From Octopus vulgaris (taxonomy: Eukaryota), in the NCBI GenBank assembly GCA_951406725.2, contig OX597815.1, positions 160,766,001 through 160,830,000 of the forward strand: a stretch of 64,000 nt of DNA, in the 5' to 3' direction. The position numbers were made by a program, and so were the translations under genes. The notes below the pieces were generated by a model. That model was given only the letters and a program-made list of their open reading frames with translations, made no database searches and was not told the DNA's origin. Below are positions 52,868 to 64,000 of the stretch, piece after piece. Position 1 is the first letter of the stretch; each line of letters opens with the position of its first letter.

Positions 52868-53680
52868 ATATGCATGTATGTATATGTATGTATATATATA
52901 CATACATATATATATGTATGTATATATGCATGTGTATGTATATACATATATGTATGTATATGTGTGTATGTATATATATGTATGTATATATATATATGTA
53001 TGTATATATATGTATATGTATATATATATGTATGTATGTATATATAAATATGTATGTATATATATATGTATGTGTGTATATGTATGTATGTATGTGTATA
53101 TGTATGTATATATATGTATATATATGTCTATGTATGTATGTATATGTATGTATGTATGTATATATATATATGTATGTATCTATGTATGTATATGTATGTA
53201 TGTATATATATATATGCATGTATGTATGTGTATATATATATATGTATGTATATGTATGTGTATATATATATATGTATGTATATGTATGTGTATATATATA
53301 TATGTATGTATATGTATGTGTATATATATATATGTATGTATATGTATGTGTATATATATATATGTATGTATATGTATGTATATATATATGTATGTATATG
53401 TATGTATATATATATATGTATGTATATGTATGTATATATATATGTATGTACATGTATGTATATATATGTATGTACATGTATGTATATATATATGTATGTA
53501 TATGTATGTGTATGTATGTATGTGTATGTATGTATGTGTATGTATGTATGTGTATGTATGTATATGTATGTATGTATACGTATGTATGTACATATGAGTA
53601 TGTATATGTATGTATATATATAGGTATATATATGTATATATATGTGTATGCATATATATATATATATATGTATACATATA
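52868..53680. repeat. ~800-bp compound TA/TATG microsatellite with 30-bp higher-order units
   Basis: tatgtatgtgtatatatatatatgtatgta repeated at about 53221-53370. Confidence 0.95.
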
Positions 53681-53682
53681 CT

Positions 53683-53892
53683 CTCTCTTTACTTGTTTCA
53701 GTCATTTGACTGCGACCATGCTGGAGCACTGCCTTTAATCGAACAACTCGACCCCAGGACTTATTCTTTTTGTAAGCCCAGTACTTATTCTTTCGGTCTC
53801 TTTTGCCAAACCGCTAAGTGACGGCGACGTAAACACACCAGCATCGGTTGTCAAACAATGCTAGGGGGACAAACACAGACACTCAAACACAT

Positions 53893-53923
<31 letters not shown>

Positions 53924-54088
53924 AATATATATATACGACAGACTTATTTCAGTTTCCGTCTACCAAATCCACTCACAAGGCATTGGTCGGCCCGGGGCTA
54001 TAGCAGAAGACACTTGCCCAAGATGCCACGCAGTGGGACTGAACCCGGAACCATGTGGTTGGTTATCAAGCTACTTACCACACAGCCA
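53683..54088 (-). mobile_element. SINE family A
   Basis: Reverse complement of 18247-18672. Confidence 0.9.
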
Positions 54089-55237
54089 TATATATATATA
54101 TATGTATATACACATACAGACATAGGCACATACACAAACACACACATGTAGCACATAGATATATGTGTAAGCATGCACATATACATGCCTATATGTGTAT
54201 ATATGAATATCTGCATACTCCTCCCAGATATCTTTGTAATGCCTGTACTCTTACAGTCCCAAAAATGATAATGAATATATGTACATAAACATATACATTC
54301 GCACATTAACTCACATGAACTAATACAGGTTTGTAATGTGTGTATGTACGTTTGAGAGAAAGAGACAGTCGGAGTACAAACATATATATTGTTTATGTAA
54401 GACAAGAAAAATTTTATGAATGGTTTTAGTTGTATGAAGCAGGTTAGACCGAAGCAGCTCATTTATTCAGCCACAGTAACATCAAACCATACATCAACTC
54501 ATGTCATTTGTATTGCCGATGATAAAGTTATTTGAGACCATGTGATTTAGTCATCACTCTGTTGAAGAATATATATTGAATTCTCTAACAATCTATGAAT
54601 TGTTATGATATATAGCAACAAATTTACTCATTGAATAACTTTTTGATCTACATCTGTAAATACACTCTCCTTCCTCTTACACACTCAAATATGTACACAT
54701 ATATAAGTATACATATGATATATATGTGTATATACAAGGGTAAATAGCCCAGTCTTTCTCTACCGTATACATATACACACACATATATGTAATAAAGGGT
54801 AAATACTCAGTCTTTCTTTGCTATATATATATATACACATACACACACACATATATATATGTGTAATATGCATGTATATAATCATTGATAAACTTCTTGA
54901 TATATGCAACTTCCTGGAGCATAACTTCCTGTTGTAAACAATGGAATAAAATTTCCACCAGGATTTCCATCTGAGTGGTTACATATTTTATATTACAAGC
55001 TAGCTTTCATCTGCTACAGATCACATTTTGTTTTTATGCTTGCGTCAGCCCTGATAAAGAAGGGCTGCGATCAAAAGTATCCCAGCCATTTTTTTTTCTC
55101 CTGATATTGTGTACTCTGAACAGCATTATCCAATAAGCCCCTTTTTGTTTTTCCAAAGATTTTAGGGTGTGATATAAGTGAGATTTCACTATTTTTAACT
55201 GATCAACTGACCGTGTAAAGGCTCCTTTGTTGGCTAA

Positions 55238-55475
55238 AAATTCAGCTATTAGTTTCTTTCACTTTCAAGTGGTAGCAATCATGATGCTACCAGAGAACGG
55301 AGATTCCTACATCAGGAATCCCTGACAGCCATTAGTTTTGGCAGATCTTTAATTTTATGTTCTGTGTCTCAGTTAACAGCATCTATGTGGTTGAGGAGTG
55401 ATTTTTGTCTTTTGTGAGGGTGTCAAAGCCTCCAAAATATAACATATGATATGTTTCCCTCTGTTGAACATGGTA
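55238..55475. repeat. Dispersed direct repeat, copy 1 (copy 2 at 58060-58272)
   Basis: aaattcag(c/t)tattagtttctttcac(t/c)ttcaagtggt...gagattcct..aggaatc...ccaaaatataacat shared by both copies. Confidence 0.85.
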
Positions 55476-56500
55476 GTTGAGGCCTGAAATCCCTACCTTG
55501 CATTGAACAGCAATAGTAGCGATGCATTGAGTATGTTTACAAATAATCTTCCCTGTGGTCTTGTGTTTATGTCATAAGATGTTCTGAGCCCAAATGAGAA
55601 ACTCGGTGTATATAACATTAAGATAATTTTAAAGTTCCTTCTCTATAAATCAGGTTTCAGCTCAGTAGAGAAGGCTAGTCCATCGCAGGGTTACCATTCA
55701 CAGCTGGGTAGACTTTGTGTGATTATGTAGCAATATGATTAAATCTATATCGTGTTTGCATGAAGGCATGCTAGTGATCTACACTTCATATGGAGCAGAG
55801 ATCAATATAAATATAAATGTTGGAAGATTAACTATCCATTCCTCTGCTTCACATTTACAAGAATCCTGTGTATCTTTTTGGATAGCAGCACGGAAACATT
55901 GATAGGGAATATAATTATATAGCAACCTGAGGGTTCCACTTGATCCAATCAGTGGAACAGCCTGTTCATGCAATTAACATGCAAGAGACACATGTACTCT
56001 TAATGTAGTTCTTAGGGAGATTCAGTGTGACACAGACTGTGATAGGACTGGCCCTTTGAATTACAGGTATAACTCCTTTTTTCCTTGTGTTGACTGGAGC
56101 AATGTGAAGCAAAGTATCTTACTCAAGGATACAAGGCACTGTTGGGAATTGAACTCCTGGCCTTATGATGGTGAACCATGTGTCTTCACTAACCTACACA
56201 CATATATAAATGTGTATATTACCTTTCTTTGTGAGTAAGCAAACACAAAGAAGATTTAAATTAGTATTGAAATGATGATGTTACAGACTAATCCAGTCAG
56301 TATTAATTATCTTTCTTCTGTCTTTCACTTGTTTCAGTCATTAGACTGTGGCCTTGCTGGAGCACCGTGTTGAAGGTTTTAGTTAGACAATTTGACCACA
56401 GTACTTATTGTCTTTTAAGCCTGTTACTTATCCTGTTGGTCTCCTTTGCTGAACTACTAAGTTACAGTGACATTAACAAACCAACACTGACTGTCAAACT

Positions 56501-56705
56501 ACTCTCTTTTACTCTTTACTCTTTTACTTGTTTCAGTCATTTGACTGTGGCCATGCTGGAGCACCGTCTTTAGTCGAGCAAATTGACCCCAGAACTTATT
56601 CTTTGTAAGCCTAGTACTTATTCTATCGGCCTCTTTTGCCAAACAGCTAAGTTATGGTGACGTAAACACACCAGCACAGACACACAAACATATACATACA
56701 CATAC

Positions 56706-56768
<63 letters not shown>

Positions 56769-57102
56769 AAACAAGTCAAAATAGAAAATGCTAAAATAAT
56801 TTTATAAAGAACATTTCAGTACCGGTTTCGGTCATTTTGAGACCTTTTCAACTGTAACGATTAAATAATTAAATTTAGAAAAATTAAAAGAAAAGTTTTT
56901 TTAAAGGAATATTTGTATAGTGTTCAAATATAAGTGGCATTCTGCGACAGGCTTCTTTCAGTTTCCATCTACCAAATCCTCTCACAAGGCTTTGGTCAGC
57001 CCGAGGTTATAGTAGAAGACATTCTTTCAAGGTGCCATGCAGTGGGACTGAACCCAAAACCATGTGGTTCATAAGTAAACTACTTACCCCACAGCCACTC
57101 CT
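56501..57102 (-). mobile_element. SINE family A interrupted by a 180-bp insert in its internal (TA)n
   Basis: Tail part 56501-56700; cgacaggcttctttcag resumes at 56945. Confidence 0.85.
56817..56854 (-). ncRNA. Minimal type I hammerhead with U3:A8 core
   Basis: Minus strand: cag-TTGAAAA-ggtc(tcaaaat)gacc-GAAA-ccgg-TA^ctg. Confidence 0.72.
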
Positions 57103-59264
57103 TAGTGTAGAATAAATGCAAAGGCGCACACATACATTGATGAGCTTCTTTTAGTTTCTGTCTACCAAATCCACTCACAAGGCTTTGGTCAGCTCAGGTC
57201 TATAGTATAAGACACTTTCCTAAGGTTTCATGCCATGGAACTGAACCCAAAACTATATGATTGGGAATTAAGCTGCTTTTTTTTTCAATTTATGAAATTA
57301 TTTAACTGCGAACTAATTTATTGTGAAATACAATATGATGCTTTTCTCAAAGAATGTACACTACCCAAACCTGTAATTTAATGTGCTTTAAGTTCAGCTG
57401 GTTAACTATTACATCTTTTATGGACAAATTAAACCAAATTTAAACTGATTAACTCCCCAGCTGATAAATGGTTTGTGTCTTAGCATGGAATGTACATAGA
57501 CCATTAGCTTTTATCTTGTGAGATCGTTAACTCGTTAGCTTAGTCTTTCTTTCTCAAGCAAACTTTTATTAGTTTTGATTCACTGGTTCATGCTTCACTG
57601 ATAATGGGATCCTATAGGACAGCTTAACTTGCAAGGGTCACATAATCAACAAATGATTTGCTTGTGGTACTAATACAATTGTCAAATATTTGGAAGTAAA
57701 TGAAATTACTTCAGGACAATTCCATAAAACAATGTTTATCAAACCGGTCCAGCTAAATTATCCACGATGCCTGTTGTGGATTTGCATTGACATAGAAAGC
57801 TATTTTAATGAGAGTTTCCTCTTGGTGTGTTTTCTATGGAACCCATGAGAATAATGAGAGTGAAATTTGTATTACACTGACTGTTTATAGTATAATGCCA
57901 TTCATCCAAAGAAAGCTGGTTTTAAACCAGTAAACACCCATAAATTCATATTGTTCTTTTTTCTCCCTATCACTTGTAATAGCCTTCCCCAACCTTTTTG
58001 AACCATGATCAAGTTTTATGAGACAATTTTTCCATGGACCAGGGTATCATGTTGGCTTGAAATTCAGTTATTAGTTTCTTTCACCTTCAAGTGGTGGCAA
58101 TCGAGATACTACTAGGGAACAGAGATTCCTGAACCAGGAATCTCTGACAGACATTAATTTTGGTAGATCCTCAGTTTCATGTTCTGTATCTCAACTAATA
58201 GCATCAATATAGTTAAGTGATTTTTGTCACCAAAATATAACATCTGATATGGTCCTCTTTGTCCAACATTGTAGGTGCACAATAAAAGTGCATCATCATC
58301 ATCAGCAACTTCATTTAACGTCTTTTTTCTATGCTGGCAAGGTTGGATGGCTTGACAGGAGCTGGCAAGTCAGAAGACTGCACCAAGCTCTACTGTCTGC
58401 TTTGGCATGTTTTTTTGTTTTTTTCTATGGCTGGATTTCCTTCCAAACACTATTATTTAATTATTACATATATAATAAGAAAACACCATGCAGACTGTGA
58501 CACTCATGGAAATAGAAATGAGATTGAATATGTATTCTTTCTGTGTGGCCCTGTGGCCCAGTACCGAATAATCTACAGCCAGTTACAGATCTGTTTCATA
58601 ACTACAGTACAATGAGAAAGCTAATTATTCAAATCTTTCATATACTCATCTTCTCATTGGCGATCTTGCTATTATAAATTCTTTGTTGATAATAACCCTT
58701 GCATTTACTAAATGGTATATTCTGTTCTTGGAATTTGCTATTTATATATTTGTTACAATTTATCTATTTCTCTATAAAAAGGATAAAGACCCCCTTTGGT
58801 CATGAATGACCATGGGATTGCATCTAGAAATTTCCCCTCTGTGGCACAAGTCTGGGCAAGTTGCTTATGGAAGACCAACAGTTGCCCATGCATACCAGTT
58901 TTCCCTCTTCATGGCACCGATGTTATCCAAGGGAAAGACAAAGAACAGTACAGCTTGGCACCAGTGATGTTGCAACTCATTTCTGCAGCTGAGTGAACTG
59001 GAGCAATGTGAAATAAAGTGTCTTGCTCAAGAACACAACACACAGCTCAATCCAAGAATCAGACTCATTACCTCATGATTGTAAGCCTGATGCTCTAACC
59101 ACTGAGCCCCTAGAATAAAGTCACAATATCCTATTATTTTATTACCTCTCAGTTTGAAGTAGTTGGTTAAAATTCAAACTTTGTATGCTCCAGAGAGATT
59201 TACTCTGTGTGTGTGCCACTGAAGCTGCAATGTTATCTGCTTTTTTAATGTTGCAGATTATATT

Positions 59265-59480
59265 TAACCCTTTAGCATTTAAACTGATCATATCCAGCCA
59301 ATATATTCTATCTATTTTATGTTAAAACCAACTAGACCCAGCCTTTCACATCTACCCAACATTATCATTTTAAAAGTAACTATTGCATCATCAAAATCTC
59401 AAAGGTAATGCATGATTAATTCAAAACTATGTGAATAAATATGCATTATATTTGACTTATTAATCTGAAAGCTAAAGGGA
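59265..59480. mobile_element. TTAA-CCC (piggyBac-like) MITE
   Basis: ttaaccctttagcatttaaac ... aatctgaaagctaaaggg; relatives at 1-155, 16881, 17288 and 38334. Confidence 0.6.
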
Positions 59481-61195
59481 GGGATATATAATTTCCCATC
59501 AGACCACCTACTCTTCTCTTCTACCTTTTTTCCTAGATTGAAAGGAAGAAGCATTTTGTCTTTCACCAGTTGGAGAGAGCTGCTTCCCCCATATTCTGAT
59601 TGCAAGGTTTACATAAATCCAAATTTTAACATTCCCTAGATGGGAAAACTACATTTCTAAAAACATCACATTAACAAGCTGTAACAAGACTTTTGGCTTC
59701 AGTGAAGAACACTTTAATCATCATTGTTCTGGTAAAGTTTTCATAAAAGATGCACTCTTTAACAGCTGATATCCTTTATCTACAAGCAACATCTGAGTTT
59801 GCTCTGATATTTAGTTCACGAAATGGATGCTGTCAAACAAAGTGTATTAAAATCTATATTTGCAGACATTTTTTATCTTTATTGTATTATCAAGATACAT
59901 GTCCAGAAAAATTTTAGATCAGATTTGAAAATAATTGACATACATTATATCATTGCTATCTTCTGTTGAGAACCAAGATAGAGGTGGTCATTATAAAAAT
60001 GCTGTATGAATGTACAGTGGTTGTCTGCCTTGAATTGAATCATTAGAATGGAATCAATAGGATATTGCAAAGAATTAGCCATAGAAAACAATAGATTAGA
60101 TGGGAGGCTAGTTAATAGATTAAAAGTGGTAATTAGAAAAGCATCACAACCAAACAACATCCTGTGCTAACCAGAAAATTAATGTAGAACCATTTCTTCA
60201 GGAAATGCATTCTCAGAGCTAAGGTACATGCTTTTCAGTGGGCCTGGGTGGCAGTGGTAGTAGATAAAATAAAGGCAAAATTAGATTTTTAGTGGCCCAT
60301 GATAAGCGTATGTTGTTTGATTCCAAGTTTGTATCTCAATGGCTTGCAGCAGCTCTCAGTAGAAAAACTGGAGTGTTATAAAAAAACAATCCACTCATTG
60401 TATAGATGATTCTTTGACAAGAGCAAGAATTACAGTGTTCTTGGAAAGATTCTAGGCATTGATGGAGATCAAAGGAATAATTGATTTAGAGAGCTTTCTG
60501 TCCAGAGTATATGAATACCACTCAGAAATCTTTGGAATAGCCATGCTATTAGGAGGTATTGCCATTTCAAAATAAACTCTACAGGCTTGGAAGCATCATC
60601 AGTTAAGCCCTTCTCAGATAGTTACAGTGCAATGAAACCATCTACTGAGACTCATTCTGTATCCAAGCATTGCTGAATTGTGGAATTATGTCAAACAGCT
60701 TAATATCAGTCAAGATTATCTTGAGAATTACCTCATTGCCTTCGTTTGTCTGAAAAGGTTGGATAGTTTTATTCTATTTGGTGGCTGTTGTGGACAAGAT
60801 GAAAACAAATATGATCAACTCTGAACTTTTATGAATTCCACTTTGTGATGAAGGTGTGGTTAATGTAGAGAGGTAGATACTGCCCTCAAGTTAAGAAGAG
60901 TAATATCACAAGAGAAAAGGCCTTTTGTTCCTTTTTTTTAATTTTGACTTGTTCTTTATTGTTCGCAAAATCACTTTTCAACTTCTAGTGAGGCGTGAAA
61001 GTGCTCTAACAGTTTGCATGTGCTATCAAGTCAATATCAGAAACAAGAATTATGCACTTTATATTTGTAATGCTTCCATTCCTTTATTCAGCAATGTTCT
61101 CCTTGATCTTTTGACTGAGAATCAGGAATTTAATTAAAAGTTATATATATATATATATATATATATGAGTGTGAGTGTGTGTGCTTATATATATG

Positions 61196-61387
61196 CAGTA
61201 ATCCCTCACCATATCACAGTCCACCTATCATAGTTTACTATTTAAGCCTATGTCGATTTCTCTGTGGTGTTGTTTTGCATTTATAATGAAATAAATATAT
61301 ACAAGTTATAAAAATTAAAAAAAAATTATACAGTACTACTGCAAGGGTTTTTGGAACATAACACCAACGATGGTCAAGGGATCATTG
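61196..61387. mobile_element. Tigger/pogo-like MITE
   Basis: TIRs cagtaatccctcaccat / atggtcaagggatcattg within TA/TG flanks. Confidence 0.6.
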
Positions 61388-61596
61388 TGTGTATATATAT
61401 ATAAGTAACATTTTGGACTTTGGAGAGATGTCTAATAGTAATTCCGATTAGAGCACTTTCACCATTTAGACCACATGATATCATCCACAGTTATGATATA
61501 GTTGACACTGGATCTGTGTTATGAATTCTGCAGTGTTTGTCGAGTTTATAATGAATGAAAAAAATGGAAAATGGAATAAGCAATAATCTTTATTGA

Positions 61597-61701
61597 GCAC
61601 AACAATTGTTTCGACCCATCCTGCATCTATCCTTTAAGAGTGTGATGTAATAGCATCTAGTTATGTTGCCTTTATCAATGCAAGGTGTGTCTCATCAGGT
61701 G
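61597..61701 (-). ncRNA. Type I hammerhead with long stem II (intact core)
   Basis: Minus strand: cac-CTGATGA-gac...cttgcat...atgcagg...gtc-GAAA-c(aatt)g-TT^gtg-ctc-AATAAA. Confidence 0.75.
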
Positions 61702-61834
61702 TCTGGTGTAAATAAGATATGAGATTCACTTGGCCTGTTTTAGTTGCCTGTAGAGTGTTGGCTACACATTATGGTCGGAAACTACATGCCAAGCGAATCT
61801 CAGTATATGTAGTAATGTATCTTATTTACACCAT

Positions 61835-61940
61835 GCACCTGATGAGACACATCTTGCATTGATGGATGCAACACAACTAGATACTATTATATCCTACCCA
61901 TAAGGGACAGACACAGGATGGGTCAAACCAATCGTTGTGC
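61835..61940 (+). ncRNA. Type I hammerhead, decayed partner copy
   Basis: gcac-CTGATGA-gac...gtc-AAAC-caatcg-TT^gtgc-tg-AATAAA; the GAAA box is mutated. Confidence 0.55.
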
Positions 61941-61989
61941 TGAATAAAGATTATTGCTTAATCCATTTTCCATTTCCCTCATTTAGGTG

Positions 61990-62099
61990 AGCTTTAGGTG
62001 TTTTCGCTCAATAAACACTCACAATGCCTGGTCTGGGAATCAAAACCATGATCCTACAGCCATGAGTCCACTGCCCTAACCACTAGGCCATTGCGCATC

Positions 62100-62150
<51 letters not shown>

Positions 62151-62486
62151 GAATCGAAACCATGATCCTACGACCACATATATATATGTGGAGGCACAAT
62201 GGCCCAGTGGTTAGGGCAGCGGACTCGTGGTTGTAGGATCGCGGTTTCGATTCCCAGACCAGGCGTTGTGAGTGTTTATTGAGCGAAAACACCTAAAGCT
62301 CCACGAGGCTCCTGCATGGGGTGGTGGCGATCCCTGCTGTACTCTTTCACCACAACTTTCTCTCACTCTTTCTTATGTTAGCCTGCTTGTTTAGCCAGCG
62401 TCGTGACATCATTTGAAAAACAATGTGAAGTGCATTGTGACTAGTGTTATGTAGCAACATCTGATAGCCTGGTTGGTCACAGTGAT
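61990..62486. mobile_element. Head-to-head pair of tRNA-derived SINEs (minus 61990-62103, plus 62188-62486)
   Basis: ggcacaatggcccagtggttagggcagcggactcgtggttgtaggatcgcggtttcgattccc and its reverse complement on either side of a TA tract. Confidence 0.8.
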
Positions 62487-63082
62487 CTATATATATATAT
62501 ACATATGTGTGTGTGTGAATGTGTGTCAGGTGCAGGTATGGCAGTGTAGCTAAGAATTTCATTTTCCAACTAGATAGTTTTTGGTTCAGTTCTAGTATAG
62601 GGCACCTTAGGCAAGTGTCAGTAATGTCTACTCTATCCCTGGACTAACTAAAATTTCTGTGAGTGGATTTTGTTAGCAGAAACTGCAAGAAGTCAACCAT
62701 GTGTGTATATATATCTGTCTATGGATGTGTATGCGTGTATGTTTGTGTCTCCTCATGTTGACATCTCGCAAGTGTTGTAAATGAGCTTCCCTGTCATACA
62801 AGCTGTTTCTTTTGTTTCCAATCTTCAATGGGAATATGTCTTGCTTGGAAACAAGTGAAAGTTAACAACAAGAAGGCCATCTGGTCATTGAAAGTTAACC
62901 TCAGTGAAATTCATCTGAGCTAAGCAAGCATAGGAAAGTAGACATTAAAACAATCATCATGGCGATGGTGAGGATGATATATGTGTGTGTGTATATATGT
63001 ATGTATATATAATGTGTGTTTATATATGTGTGTATATGTATAAGATTTATCAATCTTTCTGTCTGTCTGTCTCTGTCTGTCC

Positions 63083-63216
<134 letters not shown>

Positions 63217-63752
63217 CTGTCTGTCTGTCTATCTATCTGTATCTATCTATCTATCTATCTCTCTCTCTCTCTCTCTATCTATAACTATCTGTCTATCTCT
63301 GTCTATTAATCAATCAATCAATCACACACAGATTCATTGAATTTGGTTCAATTGAAATGGTCTTCTTTTAAATTTAGTACTCAATACATGATACAAGCGT
63401 AAAGTTTAATATTCTTTTATTCAAAACTTGGCATAGCTATTGGTCTGATTGACATGATCATTATCAGCTGCAAGAAATATTGTGCCAAGTTTTAAATAAC
63501 AGTGTGTGTATGTGTGCGTGTGTGTGTGTGTGTGCATGTGTGTTTAAATGTGTGTATATATAACTATAAATGTATATGTATGAATTTGTGAATGTGTGTA
63601 TATAAATTTATAAAGGTATTTATAAGTATGTATGAATTTGTGTGTGTGTGTATACACACACATATACACACACATACATACATAATGAATATGTGTGAGT
63701 GTATACGATATGAACATATATATATGTGCATATATATATATATATATATATA

Positions 63753-63783
<31 letters not shown>

Positions 63784-64000
63784 GAATGCATACAGTCATA
63801 CATTTATGTATGTATAAATACATTTTCAATCTCAAATTGTTCATTTTGAAATGAATTGTGTGTATGTATTTATGCTTGTGTGAGTGTATTTGTGTATGTG
63901 TACATGAATACATTAATGAATGAAGACAAAAGTCAGCTGTCTGTGAACCAAAATGCAAATGTCCTGATTCTACATAACCTAACAAAGTTTGCAGGGGAAA

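Larger units (their letters stand above)
61555..61983. mobile_element. Fold-back element with divergent hammerheads
   Basis: Arms ~61555-61720 and 61818-61983 are reverse complements; inner pair gagattcacttggc / gccaagcgaatctc. Confidence 0.85.

Noticed and set aside
52704-53729. Long ORFs (up to 297 aa) and the many YI/CV/HT-rich ORFs elsewhere
   Set aside because: These are translations of TA/TG/CA microsatellites that lack stop codons.
59500-61130. Unique, less repetitive stretch as a possible exon or old LINE (GKILGIDG, ENYLIA)
   Set aside because: It has frequent stops and only weak motif resemblance; it cannot be supported without a translated search.
62188-62262. tRNA genes (also at 18247, 21119 and 30079)
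   Set aside because: These are SINE heads continuing into repeat bodies, with no proper acceptor stems or terminators.

Overview
AT-rich eukaryotic non-coding DNA, probably intronic or intergenic. The SINE/RTE repertoire and very high microsatellite load suggest a cephalopod (Octopus-like) genome; this is inference from repeat content. I found no host protein-coding exon I can support, and almost all ORFs in the track are microsatellite translations. The window holds three to four tRNA-derived SINE families, many 3' ends of one RTE-clade LINE (one 2-kb copy keeps a reading frame with a PHD finger inside the RT), an R4/Dong-type RT fossil, a full-length decayed Tc1/mariner (maT-like) transposon, and mariner, hAT, pogo and piggyBac-type MITEs. 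The main hidden signal is about 12 minimal type I hammerhead ribozyme (HHR) motifs from about 8 small non-coding elements with largely unrelated flanks, most lodged in (TA)n tracts. They include a 360-bp retrozyme-like unit in inverted plus tandem copies with a shared U4C core (51354-52370), a ~430-bp fold-back with a hammerhead in each arm (61555-61983), two U3:A8 covariant cores, and a tRNA-headed SINE with a decayed hammerhead tail. These look like non-autonomous Penelope-like/retrozyme elements. All structures were paired by eye, boundaries are approximate and activity is untested.
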